In this document: positions 10,113 through 19,459 of the stretch, piece by piece | How the letters are laid out: every line of letters starts with the position of its first letter | Position numbering within the stretch: position 1 is the stretch's first letter | From: Candidatus Poribacteria bacterium | GTDB lineage: Bacteria; Poribacteria; WGA-4E; PCPOR2b | Reading direction: 5' to 3' | Length of the DNA: 64,000 nt | Assembly (NCBI GenBank): GCA_965215015.1 | Contig: OZ244042.1 | Coordinates: forward strand, 4,352,001 to 4,416,000 | The notes under the pieces: model-generated | Database searches by the model: none | Told to the model about the DNA's origin: nothing | Seen by the model: only the letters and a program-made list of their open reading frames with translations | Position numbers and translations under genes: made by a program

Positions 10113-10192
10113 CGATCACAATAACAGGTTAAATCTTAGTCCCAATTTATTTGCTTTTTCATGTATAATGGAATTTAATCAGGAGAAATCAA

Positions 10193-11347
10193 TTGGCTCA
10201 AAACTCTGTATTTACATCTGAATCCGTAACTGAAGGACATCCCGATAAGCTTGCAGATCAGATCTCTGATGCCGTGCTTGATGCGGTCCTAGCAGAAGAT
10301 CCAATGGGGCGCGTCGCATGTGAAACGTTGGTAACAACAGGGCTCGCGCTTATCACCGGTGAAATTACGACCTCCGCCAATTTCATTGATATTCCCGCGC
10401 TAGTCCGTCACACGATCCGACAGGTTGGTTATGTTAAGGCAACTTATGGGTTTGACTATGAACACTGCGCTCTGTTGACTGCGATTGATGAGCAATCAGC
10501 TGATATTGCAATGGGAGTGGATCGGCTCGGCGCCGGTGATCAAGGAATGATGTTTGGCTATGCTTGCCGTGAGACGCCGGAGCTAATGCCGATGCCGATT
10601 ATATTAGCGCATAAACTGACGCGCCGGTTAGCACAAGTACGGAAAGGGGGTATATTGGACTTCCTGCGCCCTGATGGAAAATCGCAGGTCACTGTTGAAT
10701 ACGCCGATGGACAACCTGTCGGCATCGACACCGTCGTGATTTCGACTCAACATGCTCCGGAGGTTACCAATGAGGAGTTGAAAGAAGCAGTCATCGAAGA
10801 AATTATCAAACCTACCCTCCCTGAAGAGCTGCATCAAAATCAATCTGAGATTACCTACCATGTCAATCCAACGGGGCGTTTTGTCGCTGGTGGGCCACAA
10901 GGCGATTGTGGATTAACAGGGCGAAAGATTATTGCTGATACTTACGGGGGCATGGGTAGACATGGTGGCGGGGCATTCTCCGGCAAAGATCCGACGAAAG
11001 TAGATCGGAGCGCGGCGTATGCAGCGAGGCATGTTGCAAAAAATATCGTTGCTGCCGGATTGGCGAATCGATGTGAGGTCCAACTCTCTTATGCTATCGG
11101 TATCGCTAAACCGGTTTCGATCATGCTGGAGACCTTCGGCACAGGTACAATCCCCGATGAAAAGCTGACGCAGCTTGTGAAGAAGCATTTCGATCTGAGC
11201 CCAGCTGCAATCATCGAACGCCTTGAGCTCCGGAAACCTATTTACTCGGCAACAGCGGCTTATGGACATTTCGGGCGTGAAGAGCCGGGCTTCACATGGG
11301 AATTGACGGACTATGCAGATTTGCTGAAAGCGGAAGCAGGTGTGTAG
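10193..11347 (+). CDS. metK: S-adenosylmethionine synthetase
   Basis: [38 protein letters not shown]; TTG start after AGGAG. Confidence 0.98.
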   Translation: MAQNSVFTSESVTEGHPDKLADQISDAVLDAVLAEDPMGRVACETLVTTGLALITGEITTSANFIDIPALVRHTIRQVGYVKATYGFDYEHCALLTAIDEQSADIAMGVDRLGAGDQGMMFGYACRETPELMPMPIILAHKLTRRLAQVRKGGILDFLRPDGKSQVTVEYADGQPVGIDTVVISTQHAPEVTNEELKEAVIEEIIKPTLPEELHQNQSEITYHVNPTGRFVAGGPQGDCGLTGRKIIADTYGGMGRHGGGAFSGKDPTKVDRSAAYAARHVAKNIVAAGLANRCEVQLSYAIGIAKPVSIMLETFGTGTIPDEKLTQLVKKHFDLSPAAIIERLELRKPIYSATAAYGHFGREEPGFTWELTDYADLLKAEAGV

Positions 11348-11358
11348 GAGGAGAAGCG

Positions 11359-12621
11359 ATGAATTACGACATCAAAGACCGAGAAATTGCAGACGACGGA
11401 AAACGGCGAATTGACTGGGCAGACCGTTTCATGCCTGTCCTGCGTCTGATTCGCCAACGATTTGAGCAGGAGCGTCCACTAGAGGGAGTACAGATTTCTG
11501 CCTGTTTACATGTCACAACAGAAACAGCAAACTTAGTTCGAGCACTGAAAGCCGGTGGTGCCGAAGTGCTTTTGTGTGCCTCTAACCCGCTGAGTACGCA
11601 GGATGATGTTGCTGCATCGCTTGTAGTACACGATGGCATACCCATTTTCGCAATCAAGGGGGAAGACACCGAAACCTATTACCAACATATTGATGAAGCG
11701 GTCAACTTCAAGCCGGCGATTACTATGGACGACGGAGCGGATTTGGTCTCTCGACTTCACGCTGAGGATGCCAACCCTTCTTACGTTGAAAATGTGCTTG
11801 CTGGAACGGAGGAGACGACGACGGGGGTTATCCGCCTCAAGAGTATGGCAGCCGAAGGCGTCTTGAGGTATCCAATCATTGCTGTAAACGACGCTAAAAC
11901 TAAGCATTTCTTTGATAATCGTTACGGGACTGGACAAAGCACACTGGATGGGATTATTCGCGCAACGAATTTGCTTTTCGCTGGTACTACCGTCGCTGTC
12001 GCGGGCTACGGTTGGTGTGGCCGCGGTTTTGCCGATCGGGCCCGCGGATTAGGGGCGAATGTTATCGTTACGGAGGTTGATCCGTTGAACGCGTTGGAAG
12101 CGGTGATGGACGGTTTCCGCGTTTTGCCGATGATTCAGGCTGTCGCCGAAGCCGATCTTGTTGTTACGCTGACGGGTAATATCCATGTGTTACGCCGCGA
12201 GCACTTTGAAGCGATGAAGGACGGCGCGATTATTTGTAATTCGGGGCATTTTAATGTCGAAATTAACATCCCTGATCTCAAAGATTTAAGCACTGAGGTG
12301 AGAACAACGCGAGAGTTGGTCGAGGAATACTCCCTCAAGGATGGGCGCAAGCTTTACCTGCTCGGTGAAGGTAGGCTTATAAATCTCGCTTCAGCGGAGG
12401 GGCACCCCGCCAGCGTCATGGATATGAGTTTTGCAAATCAGGCGTTGGCCGCGGAGTACGTTGTTAAGAATCATGATCGGATGGAAAACCTTGTGTATGA
12501 CGTGCCGGAAGAGCTGGATGATTCTATCGCAGAGTTGAAGCTACAAGCCCTCGGCGTTGCAATCGATGAATTGACGGAAGAACAGCAGACCTATCTCAAT
12601 TCTTGGACGATGGGGACTTAA
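11359..12621 (+). CDS. ahcY: Adenosylhomocysteinase
   Basis: [50 protein letters not shown]; ATG 11359 after GGAGGAG. Confidence 0.97.
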   Translation: MNYDIKDREIADDGKRRIDWADRFMPVLRLIRQRFEQERPLEGVQISACLHVTTETANLVRALKAGGAEVLLCASNPLSTQDDVAASLVVHDGIPIFAIKGEDTETYYQHIDEAVNFKPAITMDDGADLVSRLHAEDANPSYVENVLAGTEETTTGVIRLKSMAAEGVLRYPIIAVNDAKTKHFFDNRYGTGQSTLDGIIRATNLLFAGTTVAVAGYGWCGRGFADRARGLGANVIVTEVDPLNALEAVMDGFRVLPMIQAVAEADLVVTLTGNIHVLRREHFEAMKDGAIICNSGHFNVEINIPDLKDLSTEVRTTRELVEEYSLKDGRKLYLLGEGRLINLASAEGHPASVMDMSFANQALAAEYVVKNHDRMENLVYDVPEELDDSIAELKLQALGVAIDELTEEQQTYLNSWTMGT

Positions 12622-12638
12622 TGCGAGGGGACTGACTT

Positions 12639-12875
12639 ATGAAAAATTCGGATCTCTGGGAAAATATCATTTTGCTCTTGTCAGCGATTTTACTCGTACC
12701 AATCTGGATGTTCGCATCCAATCAACACACATTATCTGATGGAACCCTCAAACTTTTCCAGATACTGCAATTTGTGTTAGTGGTCGTCCTTGTCACTATC
12801 TTGGTTCGGCGTGCTCGGCGTGTCATCACAGCACTGCGTGAAAATAAAAACCGTCAGGGACCCTTTCCTTTCTAA
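12639..12875 (+). CDS. Small two-helix membrane protein
   Basis: Two hydrophobic segments with a basic tail; SD GAGGGG; lies within the metK-ahcY gene run. Confidence 0.65.
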   Translation: MKNSDLWENIILLLSAILLVPIWMFASNQHTLSDGTLKLFQILQFVLVVVLVTILVRRARRVITALRENKNRQGPFPF

Positions 12876-12928
12876 ACCCACTTTCACATGCTATCTCGGT
12901 TCTTATCAGATGTAGTTGCGAGGTTGAT

Positions 12929-13834
12929 ATGAGTATTTTAGTCGTCGGATCCGTCGGCTTGGATGATGTTAAAACGCACGCTGGCAAAGCTGAAAATGTG
13001 CTTGGCGGTTCCGCTATCTACTTTTCGACTGCCGCGAGTTTCTTCTACAATTCTATCCGTTTGGTCGCTGTTGTCGGCGATGATTTTCCCCAAGAGCATC
13101 TTGATTTCCTCGGCGCGCGAGGGATCGCGCTCGAAGGGTTGGAGCAAATCCAAGGGGGCAAAACCTTCCGTTGGGGTGGGGACTACACCGGTGATCTCAA
13201 CGCTGCGACAACGCTTTTTACAGATCTGAATGTTTACGGCAACTTCGATCCAAAACTGCCGGAAACGTATAAAGACACCCCTTACGTTTTTTTAGCTAAC
13301 ATCAACCCTGAATTACAGCTGAATGTGCTTCGACAGGCGGCATCCCCAAAATTAATCGTGTGTGATACGATGAATCTCTGGATCAATAATAACCTTGATG
13401 CACTGATGCAAACGCTGAGAGAAGTAGACATCTTAATCCTAAATGATGGGGAAGCGCGTCTATTGACGGGAGAAAGCAACCTAATCCGTGCTGGGAAAAA
13501 GATTCTTACCTATGGGCCAGATCGCGTTGTTATCAAAAAAGGGGAACACGGGGCGATTACCCTGACCGATTCCACATTCTTTGCAGCACCCGCTTATCCG
13601 TTGGAATCGGTATCCGATCCAACCGGAGCAGGGGACAGTTTCGCCGGTGGATTTTTGGGGTGTCTTGCCTCTGTCGGAGAGACCTCCGAGGCGGCGATCC
13701 GCAAAGCGATTATCTACGGAACGGTTATCGCCTCTTTTAATGTTGAAGATTTCAGTTTAAACCGTCAACGTCGGCTTACCCGATCTGAGATTGAAGACCG
13801 CTATCGTCAATTATACCAAGCTGTCCTGTTTTGA
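12929..13834 (+). CDS. PfkB-family kinase (possibly nucleoside/adenosine kinase)
   Basis: GGSAIY, ILND.EA, IKKGEHGA, DPTGAGDSFAGG PfkB signature. Confidence 0.9.
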   Translation: MSILVVGSVGLDDVKTHAGKAENVLGGSAIYFSTAASFFYNSIRLVAVVGDDFPQEHLDFLGARGIALEGLEQIQGGKTFRWGGDYTGDLNAATTLFTDLNVYGNFDPKLPETYKDTPYVFLANINPELQLNVLRQAASPKLIVCDTMNLWINNNLDALMQTLREVDILILNDGEARLLTGESNLIRAGKKILTYGPDRVVIKKGEHGAITLTDSTFFAAPAYPLESVSDPTGAGDSFAGGFLGCLASVGETSEAAIRKAIIYGTVIASFNVEDFSLNRQRRLTRSEIEDRYRQLYQAVLF

Positions 13835-13920
13835 ATCCGCTACTTCTGCGTCATATTTCATTTGTAGTACACCTCTCCCGACATGATAAGATTTGATAAT
13901 AACAAGCAGCGATTTGACCG

Positions 13921-14952
13921 CTAACCCGCCCCTTTTACCATAAGTACCCACCACAGTTCCTTACCAACATCGTAGGTTCCCAAAGGATAGAGATAACCGC
14001 CCTCCGCATCAATTCGATACGAAATTAGCCGATCAGCAGACTGACCCGCACTAATCAGAAATTTACCATTCGGATCAATTCTGAAAGAGCGTGGGGTCTT
14101 TTCCGTGGGATAATAGCCGGTGGAAGTCAACGATCCGTCAGGATTAATGGCATAACCGGCAATGCTATCATGGCCACGATTCGCAGCGTACAGGAATTTC
14201 CCGGACGGATGCATTTCCAAACGGGCGCAGGAGCTGCTACCGTCGTAATTTTCGGGCAGCGTTGAGAGCGTTTGAAAAGCACGAAGCGTACCATTAGAGG
14301 GATTGAATTTATAAGCGGTCACGCTGCTGCCCTGTTCGTTGTCGGCATAGACAAAAGGCTTGCTCGGATGGAAGCAGATGTGACGAGGTCCATCCTCGCC
14401 GTCAGGGATAACTTGGGGTATCGCGTTGGGGGATAGGGTGCCAGCACTGGAATCAAACTGGAATTGAAAGATTGAATTGGTAGGACATGTGTGGGATACG
14501 AATACAGATCTGTTTGATGGATCGATAGCGACTCCGTGTGCATGTTCGCCGGTCAAGTGTGTGTCGCTCGGTTTGCTTTGAAGTGCCCCATCGTTCCGAA
14601 GAGGGTAAACCGTTACCTTACCGGGGACATAGTAGGGGATTATCAAAAAGTCGCCCGTCTTATCTATCTCAAGGTAGGCTGGGTCCTCCAACCCTGTCAC
14701 CGTTGTGTCTATCAGTTCAATTTGACCTGTGCTTCGGTTAACCCGGAAACTGATAATGTCTCCGGTGGCTCGAATTGCAGCGTAGAGAACATCCCGCATC
14801 GGATGGATGGTGAGTATACTAGGGGAGCTATAGACTGCGACCTCCCCGTGGGGTGTAAGTACCGCCGTTTCGGACGACATCTTGAAGATGGAAATTTTGT
14901 TCTCACCTGCGATGGAAATGTATACATAGAGGTTTGATTGTGTTGAACTCAT
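13921..14952 (-). CDS. 6-phosphogluconolactonase-like beta-propeller lactonase
   Basis: HAHGV, GPRHICFHP, FLYAANRGHDSI, TPRSF motifs; ATG 14952 after GAGGAG. Confidence 0.88.
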   Translation of the reverse strand: MSSTQSNLYVYISIAGENKISIFKMSSETAVLTPHGEVAVYSSPSILTIHPMRDVLYAAIRATGDIISFRVNRSTGQIELIDTTVTGLEDPAYLEIDKTGDFLIIPYYVPGKVTVYPLRNDGALQSKPSDTHLTGEHAHGVAIDPSNRSVFVSHTCPTNSIFQFQFDSSAGTLSPNAIPQVIPDGEDGPRHICFHPSKPFVYADNEQGSSVTAYKFNPSNGTLRAFQTLSTLPENYDGSSSCARLEMHPSGKFLYAANRGHDSIAGYAINPDGSLTSTGYYPTEKTPRSFRIDPNGKFLISAGQSADRLISYRIDAEGGYLYPLGTYDVGKELWWVLMVKGAG

Positions 14953-15079
14953 GGTGCTCCTCGCTGATTCAGAAATGTGTTGCCTTGGCAAGTTGATATA
15001 GTGATAATCTAGAGGTTGGTATTAAAAGAAAACGCAATGAGTAAACAGGGGCTTTTCTCTGAATTTAACGCAAAGACGT

Positions 15080-15112
15080 CCCCCCTTACCCCCCGCTTGC
15101 GGGGGGGAGGGG
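15080..15112. repeat. REP-like palindrome CCCCCCGCTTGCGGGGGG
   Basis: Same core recurs near 15346-15378, 39056-39081 and 61484-61516. Confidence 0.75.
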
Positions 15113-15302
15113 CAAGTGGGGAGAGGGGGCGCAAGTCCCGATTCGGTTGCCCTCCCAAGGGAAGGCTTACCGCATCATGGATCCACGATTTCATCGGGAG
15201 AAGGACGCAGAAACGACCCCCTCCCCTGACGAAGAGGAAAACGGAAAGCCGGTTCTCTCGCTTTCTCGTTTTCTTTTTTTTGCGTTCTCCTTCCCCCTGC
15301 TA

Positions 15303-15414
15303 AATACCCGGTGGGTTGTCCGTCAGTTCCTGGCTCATTGAGCCTACCCCCCTCAATCCCCCCGCAAGCAGGGGGAAGAGATACCGTGTGGGTATTCGGG
15401 ACTGAGGGGGGTGC
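15303..15414. repeat. Compound dispersed repeat, copy 1 (outer arms + inner REP)
   Basis: AATACCCGGTGGGTTGTCCGTCA...CATTGAGCCT and GATACCGTGTGGGT...GGGGGTGC shared with 61441-61549. Confidence 0.75.
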
Positions 15415-15459
15415 ATCCCTGCGTTTTATTAAAAGCTAATATTGACTTCGGAGGATACA

Positions 15460-16500
15460 ATGAAAGCCGCACGATTTTATGGTGGAAAAGATATACGACT
15501 TGAGACGCTACCCGATCCGGTGCCAGGGCCGGGCGATGTCTTGGTTCAGGTGCAAGCGACGGGTATCTGCGGTAGTGATCTGCACGGCTACCACTCAGAA
15601 AAGCCGAGGCCGCTTTCACCTCGAATTGCAGGACATGAATTGACGGGTCAAGCAGTCGCCCTCGGAGCGGGGGTTGTAGAACACAAGGTAGGTGCTCGCG
15701 TTGCCATTGAGCCGACCATTCCCTGTAACGAGTGTCCAGAATGTCTCAGCGGCAACTATAACATCTGTTCCAAATTGGTGCATATCGGTGGTACGGCCCG
15801 CGGCGGTGGGTTCGCCGAATACATGCTGGCTCCTGAGGGTAACGTTTATCCCCTCCCGGATAGTGTCTCGTTTGAAGCTGGGGCACTGGCTGAGGTTTAC
15901 GCAGTGGCTGTCCATGCATTGTCGATGGTTCCGGTGAGCCCCGGCGATCGAGTCGCCGTGATCGGGAGTGGACCGATCGGACTGACTATCGCTCAGATGG
16001 CAGATTTGGCTGGTGCCGAATCGGTTGCCATTTTGGGTAAGCCTGATGCTCCTTTGCAAATCGCGCAACAGATGATTGGTGCGATTCCGATAAATATTGA
16101 TAAAACCGATGCAGTGGAAGAGGTGAAGACGTGGAGCAACGGCAAGGGTGCGACCGTTGTTTTTGAAGCAGTAGGTGGACGGTCAAACACACTGATGCAG
16201 GCAACTGAAATTGCTGCCAAGCGCGGAAAAATCTGCATGGTCGGCGGTCATGTGGCTCCCTTCATGCTGGACGTCCGCTACGCTCGCAGCCGTGAGTTGA
16301 CGATTACGTGGGCCTTCTGTTATGGACGGCGTGAAGGGGAAAAGGAGTTTCAGATTGCCGTGAATTTGATGGGAGCCGGCAAACTTGACCCTAGCCCGTT
16401 GATTACCCATCGTTTCCCTTTGGACGAAATTAGGGAAGCGTTTGCTGTCGCCGACGGGCGAGAGATACACGGTTCAGTGAAGGTGCTAGTGCTGCCGTAA
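15460..16500 (+). CDS. Zinc-dependent alcohol/polyol dehydrogenase (MDR family)
   Basis: GICGSDLH, GHE, CxxCxxCx7C structural zinc site, GSGPIG; ATG 15460 after GGAGG. Confidence 0.92.
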   Translation: MKAARFYGGKDIRLETLPDPVPGPGDVLVQVQATGICGSDLHGYHSEKPRPLSPRIAGHELTGQAVALGAGVVEHKVGARVAIEPTIPCNECPECLSGNYNICSKLVHIGGTARGGGFAEYMLAPEGNVYPLPDSVSFEAGALAEVYAVAVHALSMVPVSPGDRVAVIGSGPIGLTIAQMADLAGAESVAILGKPDAPLQIAQQMIGAIPINIDKTDAVEEVKTWSNGKGATVVFEAVGGRSNTLMQATEIAAKRGKICMVGGHVAPFMLDVRYARSRELTITWAFCYGRREGEKEFQIAVNLMGAGKLDPSPLITHRFPLDEIREAFAVADGREIHGSVKVLVLP

Positions 16501-16550
16501 GGCAACCTATATGGCTTTAGATAGCAACTCAGGTTGTACTATTTATTTAA

Positions 16551-17381
16551 TTACAGTCGAACCGCTGATCCTTCTGCTCCGACTAACTCCGCTGTTTGTA
16601 ATAACCACCCACGCTCGGCAGCGTTTACAACAATCAAAGTCAGTGTTATTTCATACCTCCCCGGGCCCGTGATGATTCTTGACACATCTATCTCCTCTGT
16701 GATGGTCATCTTTTCAATAGGCTGTACCTCTCCAATCGCTTCTTCTTCGACAAGCAGGGTACCATTGACCTCAACGCTCAAAAACGCACCGGTCTTAGCT
16801 TCAGCCTGAAGGATTTTATATCGCAGTGTCACCGGCTGATGCAAAATTTGTGTGATACTGGCCTGATATTTCAATACAAGCGTTTCGCCTTGACCCGCCC
16901 AATAGGTATCAGAATCTATTAAGAGCGATTGTGGGGCAACGATTTTAACCGTGATGGAGTGTTCAACCATTGCAAATCCGTCGGTCAGTGCTAGCGTGAT
17001 GGTAGGTGTGCCGGTCGCATTCGACGCAACGTAGGTTACGGTTGATGTGTCCCCAATAATCTGCCCGCTGCTTGCCTCCCATCTGAAGATTAAATCCGCC
17101 TCATCTCCCGAATAGTTGAACGTTGCAGTAACCGTTGTAGTGCCACCCGGGTCTAATGTTTGACTTGTCAGGCTTAGTTCGCTAATTTCTACAGTATGCC
17201 GTATCCGAGGAGTTAGTGTTTCATCGTCGCTGCAGCCGATTAGCATCAGGACAGAAATGCACAGTAGCAAAAGGCGGATTGACCTTTTGAATGACTTAAA
17301 ACACTTCAGCAGTCTCAGCCGGTGTTGTAAGAGTCTCTTTCTGCAAAATATTATTTCGGAATAGATATCTTCGATTTTCAT
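16551..17381 (-). CDS. Putative lipoprotein with Ig/PKD-like beta domains
   Basis: Lipobox-like LMLIG-C followed by beta-rich W.ASSG.I..VTY.A pattern; start codon uncertain. Confidence 0.6.
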   Translation of the reverse strand: MKIEDIYSEIIFCRKRLLQHRLRLLKCFKSFKRSIRLLLLCISVLMLIGCSDDETLTPRIRHTVEISELSLTSQTLDPGGTTTVTATFNYSGDEADLIFRWEASSGQIIGDTSTVTYVASNATGTPTITLALTDGFAMVEHSITVKIVAPQSLLIDSDTYWAGQGETLVLKYQASITQILHQPVTLRYKILQAEAKTGAFLSVEVNGTLLVEEEAIGEVQPIEKMTITEEIDVSRIITGPGRYEITLTLIVVNAAERGWLLQTAELVGAEGSAVRL

Positions 17382-17631
17382 ACCATTCGATCCGCCACCG
17401 ATCAAACCCACGCTCAAACTCAATGACACGCTCCGGTGGACCGAGTTTGGCATGGAGTGCTTCGACAGTCTGTTGATCGCGTTTAACGAGGTACTTCGTC
17501 AAAATCGCAACGCCCCCTAAAATTGCCACGAGTACTAGCTTACCTTGTGTTTTCACACTAATGCTGTGGGCGGTTGAAATGGGGCTCAGTAATAAAACAA
17601 CTACCACTAAATAGCAGGCAAGTTTTTTCAT
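17296..17631 (-). CDS. Small exported/membrane protein (111 aa)
   Basis: MKKLAC signal-like start and a second hydrophobic segment; begins 10 bp after the Rieske gene stop. Confidence 0.6.
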   Translation of the reverse strand: MKKLACYLVVVVLLLSPISTAHSISVKTQGKLVLVAILGGVAILTKYLVKRDQQTVEALHAKLGPPERVIEFERGFDRWRIEWYENRRYLFRNNILQKETLTTPAETAEVF

Positions 17632-17641
17632 GGCAGCATCT

Positions 17642-19390
17642 CTACTGTTCATAAAGATCAACCGCTGTTTCTCCCCGCGCGAATCGCAGTGCTGTTCTCG
17701 CGGCGGAATCGCTATTGGTGTTTTGACGCACATCGGTTGTCCAACGTGCCAACCCAACGAGCAGCTGATTTCGAGCAGGATGTCCTTGGCACAGTTGCCA
17801 CTCGTCAAAAGTGGTCCGCAATGTGTTGAGGATATCCCAACCGTTATCGTCCTTGAGGATGCATTGTCCCAGTTCGGACAATAGGCGATCGGCGGAGAAG
17901 TCATGGTTGAGATATTGTCGCGTAATCCGCCCGACCTCCTGAATCTGAACCGTTTCAATGGTGTTGATGACCTGCTCAATTGCAGCGTCTTCATCTGGTG
18001 CGGCTGATGCAGTTGTGCCTCTCGGTGTGCTGAGCGGCATCTGCCTGATGTTGAGCCAACGGTCGCTGAAAAATTGCCACGCTACGTGGTAGAGGGCCTT
18101 GGCGGCAACCTGAAAACTAGCGAATCGCAACGCCGTACGGAGGGACGAGGCGAGGGAAATCTCTCGTCCCAATTCCCACCATCCCGGACTCATGCTTGCT
18201 GGGGTGCGTGCCATCCGATCTGCCCCCAAAAGCACCATCGTCGAAACAAGACGGTCCATCTCGACGCCGCTTTTCAGTGCGTTGGTGATTGTATCGAATG
18301 TGTCGTCGAGGTCACCGCTGACAAGACCTGCGACAAATGCATCCTCGTCAAAATCGGTTGTTTGGGGGGGGCGATTGGAGGCTAAATCGGCGATAAAATC
18401 CTCTAGCGATTCCAGCTTGCTGATTGCCTCCCGCCGGATTTCGTCCGGGGCGCCACGCCCCCGCCCAAGTATTTTCGCCGTGAGATTGCAAACCAACTCT
18501 TCAGCGACTTCCCAACCGAACTGTTCAAGTAATTCGGCGAGATAACCGATATAGAGTAGACTGTCGTTATGTCCCAAGAAGAACGGCTCGACAACGCACT
18601 CATATGCCAATGGGATAATTTTATCGTCGTGCCCACCGAGGCGTCGTGCAGTGATGAGGCACTTTTCGATGCCCTCCCACTCTCGGTCAGCAGAGAATAC
18701 ACGAATCCATTGCTCCAATTTCTCCCACGTAATCGCTCCCGGCAAGGGGGTAACAGCCGGGCGATCGCCTGCCCGTCCTGATGCTCCCGACGCTGCCATC
18801 ATCAGCGGGATGAGCCGGTCTTCCGGTTTATACTGACTGGCAACCTTCACACCGTTGAGCAGATACGCGAGTTGCCATCCCCCCTCTCCTGCATCAAGTT
18901 CGGTCGCAAAGTGTCGTCCCGCATGCCGCACCAGTCGATTCAGGACATCATCTTCGGAAACCCCTCTGGCTAGCATAATCGCAACCGCCTTTGAGAGCGT
19001 CCAATTATCGCTACTCAACAACCCCTCTTGAAGCAGGAGGAAGTGGGCATCGTCCCGTTTCTTTCCACCGCTGGCAGTGTCAATGTATATCTCGTCCCCA
19101 CGCACTTCGATTGGGAAGGTCGCTAAGTCATCGCAACCGCCGGTGAAACAGCCGCCGCCGCCCATGTCGTAGCTCCAGCCGTGCCAATCGCAGGTGAGCA
19201 CGCCGCCCCGGACGCGCCCGCGTGTTAGTGGATAGCCCATGTGAGGGCACTGATTATCGGTAGCATAGATGTTACCGTTGTGCTTAAATAGGGCGATGCT
19301 TTGCCCTTCAACTCTAACAGCCCTTGGTTTCCCTTCGGCAAGTTCGTCCAGATCAGCAACTTTAACAAAGTTGGATGATATGTTCAACAT
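17642..19390 (-). CDS. Rieske [2Fe-2S] ferredoxin-domain protein with long helical C-terminus (paralogue 2)
   Basis: DNQCPHMG...LTCDWH Rieske motif in the first ~105 aa; similar to the upstream paralogue along its length. Confidence 0.85.
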   Translation of the reverse strand: MLNISSNFVKVADLDELAEGKPRAVRVEGQSIALFKHNGNIYATDNQCPHMGYPLTRGRVRGGVLTCDWHGWSYDMGGGGCFTGGCDDLATFPIEVRGDEIYIDTASGGKKRDDAHFLLLQEGLLSSDNWTLSKAVAIMLARGVSEDDVLNRLVRHAGRHFATELDAGEGGWQLAYLLNGVKVASQYKPEDRLIPLMMAASGASGRAGDRPAVTPLPGAITWEKLEQWIRVFSADREWEGIEKCLITARRLGGHDDKIIPLAYECVVEPFFLGHNDSLLYIGYLAELLEQFGWEVAEELVCNLTAKILGRGRGAPDEIRREAISKLESLEDFIADLASNRPPQTTDFDEDAFVAGLVSGDLDDTFDTITNALKSGVEMDRLVSTMVLLGADRMARTPASMSPGWWELGREISLASSLRTALRFASFQVAAKALYHVAWQFFSDRWLNIRQMPLSTPRGTTASAAPDEDAAIEQVINTIETVQIQEVGRITRQYLNHDFSADRLLSELGQCILKDDNGWDILNTLRTTFDEWQLCQGHPARNQLLVGLARWTTDVRQNTNSDSAARTALRFARGETAVDLYEQ

Positions 19391-19459
19391 GATTAGTCTC
19401 CCTTGTTGTTCTGTTTGAAGCGTTTTTCAAAAAGTTCCATGACCGTTTGACAGCTTGAC

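Noticed and set aside
15009-15341. Short ORFs at 15009-15341 (also 9341-9607 and 6713-7001)
   Set aside because: They are translations of REP/MITE sequence with no SD or protein-like composition
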